A program made the translations under genes and the position numbers. A DNA stretch of 26,165 nt from a virus. Taxonomy: Duplodnaviria > Caudoviricetes. The stretch's first letter is position 1. Every line of letters begins with the position of its first letter. The DNA is taken from the IMG/VR virus record IMGVR_UViG_3300021378_000140, positions 1 to 26,165 of that record, one strand, 5' to 3'. A model generated the notes under the pieces. That model did not search any database. It was not told where the DNA came from and saw only the letters and a list, made by a program, of their open reading frames with translations. Positions 6,912-16,073 of this stretch are shown here, piece after piece.

Positions 6912-8489
6912 TCAACTCATCCATCTGTCTACGTTCACCCATGTTCCTGACTTCTTCAGTACGATCTCACTAGGCATCCGCATCCGCTGCTTCATCACAG
7001 CAATCACCTCGTCCGCAGTCAGTCGTTTGGGAATCATTGCTGGGTCCACAAACCGCCAGAAAATCTGCTGTGCCCGGTCAGCCGCAAACCCCCCATGCCA
7101 GAAGCACAGGTAGTCCGTTGCAATAGGAATCACCCCCGACTTAAATGTCACCGCCACACTGGGTGGCTTGCCCTGCTTCTTATGCACCTTCAGGGTGTAC
7201 CCGGTGGGCCGTGCAGCCTCTGCCATCTTCAACTCAGCAGCCCGCTGCAACTTAATCTCACGCGGCCACTCATACCCACACTCACTGCACACACGCTGAC
7301 CGGCATAGGCCAACGCATCACACTCAGGACAGGTCTTGAGTACCGGATCACCCGTACCCTTCCCAGGCTTGCGCGGTGGGGCCACATCCTCTACCGGACC
7401 CAACCGCTCCACGTTGCCGCCATAATCAATCAGCAGGCAGTTGTCCTTGTCAGGGTGGGGGCGTAACCCACGGCCACACATCTGGACCCATAGGCCAGGG
7501 CTACTGGTGGGACGCAGCAGGGCAATGAAGTCCACGTTGGTGGCGTCGAACCCGGTGGTGAACACACCCACGTTGACCAGGTACTTGATCTTGCCAGCGC
7601 GGAAGTCCTCCACAATCTGGTCACGCTCACCCGCCGGGGTAGTGCCAGTCACAATCACACCATCACCGCCCAGGAGGTCAAGAATCTCCTGCGCATGGGC
7701 CACGTTGACCGCAAACACCAGACCCGCTTCACGCTCCTGCGTCAGTATCCGAATCTCATCCACCGCCAGCCGGGTGGTGCGGGACTGCTTCTGCACCATC
7801 TCGTCCAGGCCCTTCACCACAAAGTCACCCATGCGCTTGCGGATGCCGGTGGTGTCGTAATGCTCCGTCACCGCCGCCGTGGTGAACTCACACAGCAGGC
7901 CACGCTTTTGCAGGGCACGGATGTCAGCACCAATCTGCTTGGCCGGGACGATGTGGGTGAAGGTCGCATGCTCACTCTCAGTCAGGAGGCCCTGGCCCAC
8001 CCGGTAGGGGGTGGCCGTCAGGCCCAGCACCCGCACCTTGGGGTACAACTCTTCCATCGTCTCAATCAGGCGGGTGTAGTACCCATCAGCAGATTTGGGT
8101 GCCACCAGGTGGGCCTCATCTACCAGTATCAAATCCACCGGACCAATCGCGTCCAGGCGCTTGGCGATAGTTTGGATAGTTCCCACCAGGACAGTGTTGT
8201 CCGTGTCGAAACTATCCAAACCAGCGCAGCAGATACCCACATCCAGGTCAGGATTGACCGCATGCAGGGCACCTACGTTCTGCCGTACCAGTTCCTTACT
8301 GGGCACCAGCATCAGCGTCCGCTTGTCAGCAAACGTCGAGTGGATGTGGTCGCAGACCCCAGCGGCAATGTAGGACTTACCACTGCCAGTGGGGGCCTCG
8401 ACACACAGGTGCTTGTCAGCCGGGAAGTTGCGCAGGAAATCCATCGACACATCGATGGCCTTCTGCTGGAAGTCACGGAATGTAGTCAT
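6912..8489 (-). CDS. SF2 DNA helicase, RadD/YejH-like, with C-terminal zinc finger
   Basis: Start MTTFRDFQQKA at 8489; APTGSGKS, LVDEAH, LTATP, FTTGFD, QMCGRGLR, CPEC...CSEC. Confidence 0.92.
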   Translation of the reverse strand: MTTFRDFQQKAIDVSMDFLRNFPADKHLCVEAPTGSGKSYIAAGVCDHIHSTFADKRTLMLVPSKELVRQNVGALHAVNPDLDVGICCAGLDSFDTDNTVLVGTIQTIAKRLDAIGPVDLILVDEAHLVAPKSADGYYTRLIETMEELYPKVRVLGLTATPYRVGQGLLTESEHATFTHIVPAKQIGADIRALQKRGLLCEFTTAAVTEHYDTTGIRKRMGDFVVKGLDEMVQKQSRTTRLAVDEIRILTQEREAGLVFAVNVAHAQEILDLLGGDGVIVTGTTPAGERDQIVEDFRAGKIKYLVNVGVFTTGFDATNVDFIALLRPTSSPGLWVQMCGRGLRPHPDKDNCLLIDYGGNVERLGPVEDVAPPRKPGKGTGDPVLKTCPECDALAYAGQRVCSECGYEWPREIKLQRAAELKMAEAARPTGYTLKVHKKQGKPPSVAVTFKSGVIPIATDYLCFWHGGFAADRAQQIFWRFVDPAMIPKRLTADEVIAVMKQRMRMPSEIVLKKSGTWVNVDRWMS

Positions 8490-9336
8490 GGTCCCCACAC
8501 GCATCGATCTGTGCATCACGATCCAGCACCTTGCTGTGCAACTCACACACCCAAGTTCCCTTCGCACCGGCATAGCTGTGCCGACAGGTACGACAACCCA
8601 CCTGGCCGGGTTCCTCTTTAAAGCAAACGTCCGTGTGGCTGCACCACTTGCAACGGAAGTCACTGGGGTTCTGTGCAATCCGTGGGGGTGGGTTGTTGCT
8701 GGCGATGATCCGCTCCGCACGTTCTAAATAGAACAGCGCAGCCTTCTCGTCATAGTCCGTTCGAACTGAAGTCCACTGCCTGGCACCCGGCGTACTCGCC
8801 GTCAGGTAGTGACGCTTCATCTTGAACTCATGCATGTACAACTGGGCCTGCGCCCAATACACCCGGTTCCACTGCTCCAGCACATCCTTCTCAGGATGAT
8901 CCTGCTTCAGCTTCAAGAGCTTCTTGTACACCGCCTCACCGCAGGCCTTCGCCTCCCACACATGAGGGGTGGCAGGGGCCTCAACCAGACCTTTCCAGAT
9001 CAGGCCGTCACAGTGACCACGGAAGTGACCGTCCACAGCCGCAAACCCAAACTGCTTGCCCGACACCGGGTCGTGGGTTTCCAGTTCGCATACCATCTTC
9101 AGACGCGCAGCCTGGGTGTCCTCACTGATGTGCCCATCCTCAAAACGGTACAGGGTGTCAACGTCAAACCAGACGTTGCTGTAATCACGGAACCCATACC
9201 ACAAACGGCGGGGGCACTCGTTGCCAATCTCACTGGCACCGAGGTAGCCCCGACCCACAGAGGACTGGGCAAGCTCAACAGCAGCCGCCACAGCCTCCAG
9301 GGTCTTATCGCTGGCAATGATCTTGCCTACATCCAT
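8473..9336 (-). CDS. Cas4-like PD-(D/E)XK exonuclease with Fe-S cysteines
   Basis: LGASEIGNECPRR, GHCDG, WEAK, AQAQLYM, CKWCSHTDVC; extra Cys-rich tail CRTCRH. Confidence 0.85.
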   Translation of the reverse strand: MDVGKIIASDKTLEAVAAAVELAQSSVGRGYLGASEIGNECPRRLWYGFRDYSNVWFDVDTLYRFEDGHISEDTQAARLKMVCELETHDPVSGKQFGFAAVDGHFRGHCDGLIWKGLVEAPATPHVWEAKACGEAVYKKLLKLKQDHPEKDVLEQWNRVYWAQAQLYMHEFKMKRHYLTASTPGARQWTSVRTDYDEKAALFYLERAERIIASNNPPPRIAQNPSDFRCKWCSHTDVCFKEEPGQVGCRTCRHSYAGAKGTWVCELHSKVLDRDAQIDACGDHDYIP

Positions 9337-9785
9337 CAGCTAGACCACTCGCTGTTACCAGCACGGGGTGGGACAGCAGCCGCATCAGGAGCGTTAGCCG
9401 CCTGCTTGGGCAGGTAGTCGCCAATCTTGTTGGACGCCTCGTACCCACCAGACGCAGACTCGACCTTTACCTTGGCCTGAACAACGTGACCCTCTAAGTC
9501 AGCCGCACTCGTTACCGTGACCAGGCCACAGCCCAAGCACAGATTCTTCAGCTTGGCAACACCAAAGGAGTTGCTGGGTACAACATAATCCCAAACACGG
9601 CGGCTCTCATGCGGCCCATCAGCCACTTCCATAGCGACCTTCAACATGTCGTTTCCGGCCTTACTCTGTGTCTCCTGCACCTCCAGAATCCGCAGGGCGT
9701 ACTGACCTGCCGGGAAGGGGGTAAAGTCACCAGATGGTGCGTCTGGTGCGTCTGCGGCGTTAAAGCCAGTGTCAAAAATTCCCAT
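9336..9785 (-). CDS. DUF669-like single-stranded DNA-binding protein
   Basis: DFTPFPAGQY...SKAGNDMLKV...RRVWD...NKI pattern; sits between the AAA_24 ATPase and the nuclease. Confidence 0.75.
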   Translation of the reverse strand: MGIFDTGFNAADAPDAPSGDFTPFPAGQYALRILEVQETQSKAGNDMLKVAMEVADGPHESRRVWDYVVPSNSFGVAKLKNLCLGCGLVTVTSAADLEGHVVQAKVKVESASGGYEASNKIGDYLPKQAANAPDAAAVPPRAGNSEWSS

Positions 9786-9790
9786 GTCAG

Positions 9791-10540
9791 TTACTCCTGA
9801 AGTTGTGGGATAAGGGATAGAAGCGGGTTCGCTCCTGGTTCAAAAACAACATCATCACTGATGCCGAATCGATTCTTTGCAACCGTGGCCGGGCCACTGG
9901 TCAACTGGATGATGCGGGTGCCGTCAGACTTGGCGCGCTTCTTATCGCCAGTCCCATGAATCAAGGTGTTGATCCGCAGGTGGGCGCACAGGTCCACATC
10001 ATCAGTAAAGGGTGCGAGGTATCGCTTGTTCATGCGCAGCGTCCAGCGGCTGTATGGCTCACTGTCCGGTGGGGTGATCTGCTCCTCACCCTCATGGGCG
10101 ATGAACACAATGTGCATGTCACGGTGCTGGGACAGCTTGTCGCACAGGAATTTAAGTTGGCCCAGGCGCTCCGCACAGTACTGGTAGCCAGCACCATACC
10201 CACCCCGGCAAGCTGCCAAATTATCTTTGCCCTCATCCCGCATCAGTTCCGTCTCAACCATCCGAGACGCCTTGGTGATGGAGTCAATCACCAGGGTCTT
10301 GAAGTCGTGTTCACGGTCACCCACGGCACGGACCTGATCCAGTAAATCCTGGAACTTGTCTGCCACTGGGAAGGCGGGAACGGTGTCACCCACGCTAGCG
10401 AGGCCGTCCTCCGCACGGATGAAGATGGGGTTAGGAAAGAGCGCCGCCAGGGAGGTTTTACCTACACCGGCTGGGCCATAAATGGTGGCCGAAATAGGCC
10501 GCTTCCGCTGGGTGTCCAGCAGTTCTTCTAAGCTACTCAT
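9791..10540 (-). CDS. AAA_24 ATPase (Sak4-like recombination protein)
   Basis: Walker A YGPAGVGKT, TLVIDSIT, GGYGAGY, VFIAH, AKNR. Confidence 0.85.
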   Translation of the reverse strand: MSSLEELLDTQRKRPISATIYGPAGVGKTSLAALFPNPIFIRAEDGLASVGDTVPAFPVADKFQDLLDQVRAVGDREHDFKTLVIDSITKASRMVETELMRDEGKDNLAACRGGYGAGYQYCAERLGQLKFLCDKLSQHRDMHIVFIAHEGEEQITPPDSEPYSRWTLRMNKRYLAPFTDDVDLCAHLRINTLIHGTGDKKRAKSDGTRIIQLTSGPATVAKNRFGISDDVVFEPGANPLLSLIPQLQE

Positions 10541-10973
10541 CGCTTTTAGGTTCCTTTATGGAAATGGAAGGCTTTGCCGGAGAGCTTGTCAGGCACTCGC
10601 AAACCTCGTGGTAGGTGCGCTCATCAATTGCTGCCAACTGATTGAGTGCGGGTTTCATGACGCTATAGCTGACCTTGAACAACTGCTCACGCAACTCAGA
10701 GTCCAGCTTGGCTACCCGGTCATGGTCGGCCTTGAAGTTGATCCGCTGGGTGGCAGATACCTTGTACCCATCCTGCTCAACCGTGTTGGTGCCCTCATCA
10801 GGCAGGCCAATCTTGGCGCACAGGTCAAAGGTCGCCTCGTCCAGGCGGGCCTGTGCGTTCCTGACCGCTGCCTTCGCTTCCAGCCAGTTCGATATCTCTG
10901 TCGTGCCATCCAGCCCAGCGCCAGCATTCGTTTCTGAGGTCGGTGCAGCCGACCACCAATCGTTTTCCATCAT
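10533..10973 (-). CDS. Hypothetical phage protein of the recombination module
   Basis: 146 aa, coiled N-terminal half, ends TSSPAKPSISIK; coupled to the ATPase. Confidence 0.65.
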   Translation of the reverse strand: MMENDWWSAAPTSETNAGAGLDGTTEISNWLEAKAAVRNAQARLDEATFDLCAKIGLPDEGTNTVEQDGYKVSATQRINFKADHDRVAKLDSELREQLFKVSYSVMKPALNQLAAIDERTYHEVCECLTSSPAKPSISIKEPKSDE

Positions 10974-11194
10974 TCCTTACTTCCCTCCCGGCCTCGTAGA
11001 GCCTTTGTTGTGTTGAGTTCATGCACCATGTCCTCCACGGTGGTTGTCTTGATCATGGGGGTGGGCCTTGGCCCAAACCCTTTCTCAGCGCGCAGGGCAT
11101 CGACCTTGGCCTGGTAGGTGTCGTTAAAAACCTCGCAGGACTCAGGATCGAAACGCGCCATTGCACTGAAAAACTGTTGTATTTCTTTGGTCAC
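10970..11194 (-). CDS. Hypothetical protein, first gene of the leftward early operon
   Basis: GTG start after AGAGG; lies just downstream of the predicted leftward promoter. Confidence 0.55.
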   Translation of the reverse strand: MTKEIQQFFSAMARFDPESCEVFNDTYQAKVDALRAEKGFGPRPTPMIKTTTVEDMVHELNTTKALRGREGSKE

Positions 11195-11234
11195 CGGATG
11201 CCTCTGGCTGGGGGTGATTAATTAACTTGAGGCC

Positions 11235-11278
11235 ATAATAACTGGTAAACGAGTCGTAATACAACTGGTAAGTGGTAA
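11235..11278 (-). promoter_or_regulatory. PL-like promoter with overlapping operator-like palindrome
   Basis: TTGTAT-N18-TATTAT on the minus strand (11264-11235); ATACAACT-GGTA-AGTGGTAA at 11259-11278 covers the -35. Confidence 0.55.
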
Positions 11279-11341
11279 TTAAATGCAAAAAGATTTGCCC
11301 CTGCCTGAAAAAGCGACAGGTCTAGGGGGTGGGAAGGGGGG

Positions 11342-11698
11342 TTAGGACATCAGGCGCAGGACTAGATGGCGCAGTAGATCCAGGTCAGAACGGGACAGAC
11401 GATCCTCCGACAGCAGGTCGATAATAGACTGCTGGGCCGGGTCGGATGAGTGGTAGTTTTCATTGTTCTGAACCAGCAGGGGCAACAGAGCCTCACCGAT
11501 GTGAGTGATATCAGTAGACTCACAGCCTAGTATCCTGGCGATATCAGGCCCACGGGCCGGGGGCACACCCTTCTGGCCCCACGCAGCCACAGCAGACTGG
11601 GACACGCCCAAGCGGTCTGCCAACTGCTGCTGGGTAATGCCAGCCTCGCGCATCCTGACGCGAAGCTCAGTACCCTTCGATTGATTGATCTGACTCAT
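11342..11698 (-). CDS. cI: CI-like XRE repressor (short, no S24 peptidase domain)
   Basis: GITQQQLADRLGVSQSAVAAW HTH; divergent from a second HTH gene. Confidence 0.8.
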   Translation of the reverse strand: MSQINQSKGTELRVRMREAGITQQQLADRLGVSQSAVAAWGQKGVPPARGPDIARILGCESTDITHIGEALLPLLVQNNENYHSSDPAQQSIIDLLSEDRLSRSDLDLLRHLVLRLMS

Positions 11699-11705
11699 AA
11701 CGTTA

Positions 11706-11768
11706 ATTATTACTATTGTTTAGCAATAAATCAAATAACTTGGAGCTATAAGAAAGGAGTGGTAATAT
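11706..11768. promoter_or_regulatory. Divergent cI/cro promoters
   Basis: Minus: TTGATT-N17-AATAAT (11734-11706). Plus: TTGGAG-N17-TAATAT with TG extension (11740-11768). AT-rich. Confidence 0.55.
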
Positions 11769-11803
11769 CTCCAAAAACAACCAATAAATGGTATTAAAAA
11801 GCA

Positions 11804-12055
11804 ATGGAAAAGAAGAATAAACGCGGGCGACCACCTTTCAAATTAGCCACACCCACACGGGTTCATAGAGAATTATTATCCCACTACAACAATGACTTAG
11901 CGCAGATAGCCGCCGACCTGGGTGTGCAGAAGCGGGCGGTTGTTCGTTGGTTTCATGAGGGCAGCTTTCCCCTGCATCGTATCTATCAGTTATCACTGAT
12001 CACGCACTTCAGTGCCGATGAATTGATGGTATTACACCGCAGGGGTGCAGCTTAA
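11804..12055 (+). CDS. cro: Cro-like HTH regulator
   Basis: LAQIAADLGVQKRAVVRWF HTH; first gene of the rightward operon. Confidence 0.7.
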   Translation: MEKKNKRGRPPFKLATPTRVHRELLSHYNNDLAQIAADLGVQKRAVVRWFHEGSFPLHRIYQLSLITHFSADELMVLHRRGAA

Positions 12056-13962
12056 TGAACCACCATGTATGGGATATGTGGGAAGCAGGCCTGTCTGTAT
12101 TCCCAGTCGGATCACCGGCACTGTGCCCAGCAGGGGTGGACCCGCTGGAGTATTCAAAGCAGCCACTGGTGCCGTGGAAGGCCTACCAGGAGCGCCAGCC
12201 CCTGGAGTTAGAGGTTGAGAACTGGTTGCAGAAATATCCTGACTGCAACTGGGGCATCTGCACCGGCAACAAAATCAACGTGGTCGATGCCGACTCACAA
12301 GAGGCCGTAGAACGCATCGATACACGGGAGTGGATCACCTACACCCCCTACTACGTCCAGACCGGCAAGGGGAAGCACTACGTCTACCTGCACAACGGCC
12401 TGGATATCAGTAACTCCAGCAACCCACAGACCAAAGTGGATGTCAGGGGCAAGGGTGGCTATATCGTCGCTCCCGGCTCTATCCACGGGACAGGGGTGCA
12501 GTACACCCTGATGGGTCCAGAGGGTCCAGTGGACTTCTCAGAGGTGCTGGAGCATGCCCCTAGTATCAAGGCCGGTGATATTGAGGCACTCCAGGGTAAG
12601 GTCATTGTGGAGGCCGTTTCCAGCGGGGTGGATGAAGGTGGGCGCAACAACAACCTGGCGCGCAACATAGGCCAGTGGCTCAACGAGACGCTGGACCTAC
12701 AGATTGTCATGGGCAAGGCTATTGCCCTCAATGACCAGAACAACCCGCCCCTGGGCGAGGCGGAGGTCCGCAAGACCGTCCTGTCCATGTTCCAGACCCA
12801 CGCACTCAAGATGGACAACGACTTCGTTGCCCATTATGAGGAGGCACCCAACGACACCATCACCCCCATCTGTTTGGACCGCATCAAGACAAGCCCACCA
12901 GCCAAGCCCAGTGTCATGGGGCGCTTTCCTATCGGCCACACCAGTGCCGTGGTGGCGATGGGCGGGGCAGGCAAGTCCACCTGGTTGATCCGACAGGCCG
13001 TCCAGTACGCCTACGAGGAGGGCGGTCACACCCTCATCATCAGCGCCGAGGATGATGTTGATGACTACGCCAACAAAATCCACAACGACATCTTCACCCG
13101 CAACATCGATGGCCTTATCCATGACGTAGACCCCGGCCATATTGCCAACAAGATTGCCGTAATGAATAAGCGCGGGTCCGGTGCCAAGCTCATTGAAGAG
13201 CGTATGGGCCTGAAGGTGCCATCCAAGTGGGCCATTGGCCTGGTTGACACCATCGACCCCATCTATACCTGCATCATCATCGAAACCACCAGCCGCTTTG
13301 CCGGGGGTGATGAGTCCAACGCAGACATGGAAGCCATCGTTGCCGCCTGCGACCACATTGCCAGAACCCTTGGCGTGGCCCTGGTCCTTGTCCACCACAC
13401 CGGCAAGTCACAAGCCAGAGAGGGCCAGGCAGACCTGTACTACGGGCGCGGTGGCTCAGCCCTTGGCGATAACACCCGCTCCATGACCGTCCTACAGGTG
13501 ATGGACTCCACCGACAACTGGAAAGACACCGTGGCATCCCATGAGATTGACCAGGAGATGCTGGTTGAGGGGCAGTACGTCCAGGTGGCACATGTCCGTA
13601 TGTCCTACGGCCCCTGCCTGCCACCCACCGTGTTCCTGAAGCGTTCCGGTATCTGCAACGGACCCATGATGCATGCCGTCAAGAAACTCAGCACCGAGGA
13701 CAAGGCGGCTGCTGAGAAGGCGCGGCTGAAGGCGCGTGAAGCGGCTGTCATGGCTGCGGTTCTGAAATACATCAAGGCCAAAGATGGCCGGGTGCAAAAA
13801 CGTAATTTTCTGGAAAACCAATACAAGGAAACCAGCTTTTCCAGAAACGTGGTTCGCGCGTCTGTCTCCGACATGGTGGACAACGGCGATTTAGTAGAAG
13901 TGTCCGTCAAACCTCCCAAAGGTGGGCAGGCGGCGGTTTTTTTAGCAATTAAAGGAGCATAG
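12055..13962 (+). CDS. Bifunctional primase-polymerase fused to PriCT and an AAA_25 (RepA-like) helicase
   Basis: NWGICTG, VVDAD, TGKGKHYVY, DVRGKGGYIVAPGSIH; EGGRNNNL PriCT; Walker A MGGAGKS; LVHHTGK, GRGGSAL. Confidence 0.9.
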   Translation: MNHHVWDMWEAGLSVFPVGSPALCPAGVDPLEYSKQPLVPWKAYQERQPLELEVENWLQKYPDCNWGICTGNKINVVDADSQEAVERIDTREWITYTPYYVQTGKGKHYVYLHNGLDISNSSNPQTKVDVRGKGGYIVAPGSIHGTGVQYTLMGPEGPVDFSEVLEHAPSIKAGDIEALQGKVIVEAVSSGVDEGGRNNNLARNIGQWLNETLDLQIVMGKAIALNDQNNPPLGEAEVRKTVLSMFQTHALKMDNDFVAHYEEAPNDTITPICLDRIKTSPPAKPSVMGRFPIGHTSAVVAMGGAGKSTWLIRQAVQYAYEEGGHTLIISAEDDVDDYANKIHNDIFTRNIDGLIHDVDPGHIANKIAVMNKRGSGAKLIEERMGLKVPSKWAIGLVDTIDPIYTCIIIETTSRFAGGDESNADMEAIVAACDHIARTLGVALVLVHHTGKSQAREGQADLYYGRGGSALGDNTRSMTVLQVMDSTDNWKDTVASHEIDQEMLVEGQYVQVAHVRMSYGPCLPPTVFLKRSGICNGPMMHAVKKLSTEDKAAAEKARLKAREAAVMAAVLKYIKAKDGRVQKRNFLENQYKETSFSRNVVRASVSDMVDNGDLVEVSVKPPKGGQAAVFLAIKGA

Positions 13963-13964
13963 AT

Positions 13965-14804
13965 ATGCAGATATTTGATTTACCAGTACACCCGGCAGCG
14001 GATGTCTTTCCCATGCTGGACAACGATGAGTTGGCTGATCTTGCGGCAGACATCAAGGCCAATGGCTTGCAACACCCAGTAGTGGTGGGCCAAGTCGATG
14101 GCGTTGAGATGCTGATTGATGGGCGCAACAGGCTGGCGGCTTGCAAGCTGGCGAAGGTAGAGCCAGAGGTTAAGCAGTTGAATGGGCATGACCCAGAGGC
14201 GCTGATCCTGTCCGAAAACATCATGCGGCGGCATATGACCAAGGGGCAGCGGGCAATGGCTGTGGCGATGATGTATCCAGAGGGGCAGCAGGGGAAGAAG
14301 GACAACATCGCAAAACTTTTGGGAAGTGGTGAGTACCTTCGCCAAGCCCGCACCGTCCTGAAGTATGCCCCCGAATACACCGATGCCGTCCTGGCTGGTG
14401 CCAAGTCCCTGTCTGAAGCCTACGAAGAAGCCAAGCACCGCAAACGTGCAGGTAACGATGACACTGACAAGCTGGAGTGGCTGAAGGGTGAGGCACCAGA
14501 CCTTGCCGATAAAGTGGTCGAGGGCGAACTTACCTTAATTGGCGCAATTGCCGAGCATCATGAGCGTGAGCGTCAGCGTGAAATGGAGCGCGCTGCCCTT
14601 GCTGGAAATCTGCGCGAAGTCCATGTGCTTGCTGAATCCCTTCATTCAGCGGCGAATCGACTGTCAGTTGTATCGCTTATTACTGAGTTTTCAAAAGACT
14701 ACGAGAAAACCACATCCTTTGAGGCTGGCGAGTTTATTGAATCCCTTGACCTGCTTGAGCAGGGCATTAAATCACTTAAAAACGACCTTGGAGGTCAACA
14801 ATGA
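13965..14804 (+). CDS. ParB/Srx-fold N-terminal domain protein
   Basis: HPAADVFPML...LAADIKANGLQHPV...LIDGRNRLAAC...SENIMRRHMT..QRA. Confidence 0.82.
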   Translation: MQIFDLPVHPAADVFPMLDNDELADLAADIKANGLQHPVVVGQVDGVEMLIDGRNRLAACKLAKVEPEVKQLNGHDPEALILSENIMRRHMTKGQRAMAVAMMYPEGQQGKKDNIAKLLGSGEYLRQARTVLKYAPEYTDAVLAGAKSLSEAYEEAKHRKRAGNDDTDKLEWLKGEAPDLADKVVEGELTLIGAIAEHHERERQREMERAALAGNLREVHVLAESLHSAANRLSVVSLITEFSKDYEKTTSFEAGEFIESLDLLEQGIKSLKNDLGGQQ

Positions 14805-15301
14805 AATTCAATCATAAATTAAAGCCGGAAGTTAGCGAGTACCTTCATGGTGCAATCAACTCACAACTGGATTCGATATCTGGTACAAGCACATCGCCAA
14901 GAGATATCGAGAGCGCGGTAAAGACTGCTCTTCTCACAGATTTCGATAATAACGAGCTTCTCAACCATATTGTTGATCAGGCTGTGCGGTCAGCGGTCAG
15001 CGCGTCAATAGACGCAAAGTCTAGTGAGAAGTTTGACGAGGACCAGGGCGCGCTATTTAACTCGTCGTTCATGGAATCAATCCTAAAACAGGATGACGGT
15101 AATATTTGCAAGCACAAAGACGCAAACTGGGACTTGATGGTTAGTCGTCGCCGCCGACAGCAAAAGCACTTAACCGATGCTGAAAAGAAGCTGGCGTTGA
15201 CTGACAGCAGGATGCTGGCGCTTAAGACTGCTGGAATGCAGGACGATCCGAAAATGACAATCGGAGAGGCCGTCAAAATACTCGAAGGGCGCAAGCGGTG
15301 A
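14801..15301 (+). CDS. Hypothetical protein coupled to the ParB-like gene
   Basis: ATGA overlap and GGAGG RBS; 166 aa, helical; more AT-rich than the replicase gene. Confidence 0.75.
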   Translation: MKFNHKLKPEVSEYLHGAINSQLDSISGTSTSPRDIESAVKTALLTDFDNNELLNHIVDQAVRSAVSASIDAKSSEKFDEDQGALFNSSFMESILKQDDGNICKHKDANWDLMVSRRRRQQKHLTDAEKKLALTDSRMLALKTAGMQDDPKMTIGEAVKILEGRKR

Positions 15302-15311
15302 GCCAGTATAA

Positions 15312-15507
15312 AAGGTGCGCCGTTTGGGTTTTGGCGCACCTTGGCGCACCTTGGCGCACCTTATCGGGATACACAAATGATGCTGTGTAGGCGCTTGCGC
15401 AAGCAAGGTGCGCCAGCACTGTATCTACTACTAGGCGGCGCACCTTTTGGCGCACCTTTTGGTACACCTTGGTGGGGAAATTGGAAGGTGCGCCGTAAAG
15501 GTGTGCC
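15312..15507. repeat. Array of ten GGCGCACCTT repeats in both orientations (putative origin iterons)
   Basis: Forward at 15333, 15343, 15353, 15437, 15449, 15461 (2 mismatches); reverse at 15312, 15405, 15485, 15498 (1 mismatch); intergenic. Confidence 0.9.
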
Positions 15508-15519
15508 GTTGATGGGGAA

Positions 15520-15915
15520 ATGGGGGGCGTTTTGGACAAGTTAAAAGGTAGGTCGGAGGAACTGGATCAGCAGTTGTTAATCAACTGGGTGCTGCGGACC
15601 TATGGCAAGGAGGTGGAGCAGTGGATGCACCACAGTCCGAATGGGGGAAGGCGTGATGGGGTCGTGGGGGCCAAGATGAAAGCGATGGGAACTAGGCGGG
15701 GATTTCCCGACCTGGTGCTCTATGTGGGGCGGGGGAAGTATGTCGGGCTGGTGGTCGAGATGAAGCTGGGGAAGGGGAGGCCCTCCAAGGAACAGAACGG
15801 GTGGCTGAACCATCTGGAGGGGGAGGGGTACTCATGTCATGTCTGTTACGGACTGGACGAGGGGGTCGAGGCTATTTCTCGTTATCTAGAACTGCCCTGT
15901 CCAGTGCGCGGATGA
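15520..15915 (+). CDS. VRR-NUC domain nuclease
   Basis: HSPNGGRR...KAMGTRRGFPDL...VEMK..KGRPSKEQNGWL. Confidence 0.9.
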   Translation: MGGVLDKLKGRSEELDQQLLINWVLRTYGKEVEQWMHHSPNGGRRDGVVGAKMKAMGTRRGFPDLVLYVGRGKYVGLVVEMKLGKGRPSKEQNGWLNHLEGEGYSCHVCYGLDEGVEAISRYLELPCPVRG

Positions 15916-16063
15916 TCCAGGGGGAGAGCTTGCCGGGTCTGGAGGCCTGCTCATACGCCCGCTTCTGTTCGGGGGTGACGCGGATATGGATGGTGCTGAC
16001 CTTGGGGTTGGCCTTGGCCGCGTGACGCTTGCCGGTGTTCCCGTGGGGTTTGGTGTCTGTCAT
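15872..16063 (-). CDS. Ribbon-helix-helix DNA-binding protein
   Basis: STIHIRVTPEQKRAYEQAS...LSPWIIRALDRAV beta-alpha-alpha pattern; GGGAG RBS. Confidence 0.7.
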   Translation of the reverse strand: MTDTKPHGNTGKRHAAKANPKVSTIHIRVTPEQKRAYEQASRPGKLSPWIIRALDRAVLDNEK

Positions 16064-16073
16064 GGGGTTCTCC

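Noticed and set aside
7695-8621. Long antisense ORFs (308 aa here; others opposite int, primase and terL)
   Set aside because: Shadows of well-supported genes on the other strand, with no motifs or RBS
8490-8720. N-terminal extension of the helicase in the ORF track
   Set aside because: Overlaps the nuclease gene; helicase homology starts at MTTFRDFQ (8489)
8473-9336. CRISPR-Cas system suggested by the Cas4-like nuclease
   Set aside because: No cas1/cas2 and no repeat-spacer array; the gene sits in an ordinary ATPase-SSB-nuclease-helicase recombination module
15312-15507. Mini CRISPR array
   Set aside because: Repeats are only 10 bp, in both orientations and irregularly spaced, without uniform spacers
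15341-15544. ORFs across the repeat array (GAP-repeat peptides)
   Set aside because: Translations simply mirror the DNA repeats; no convincing RBS
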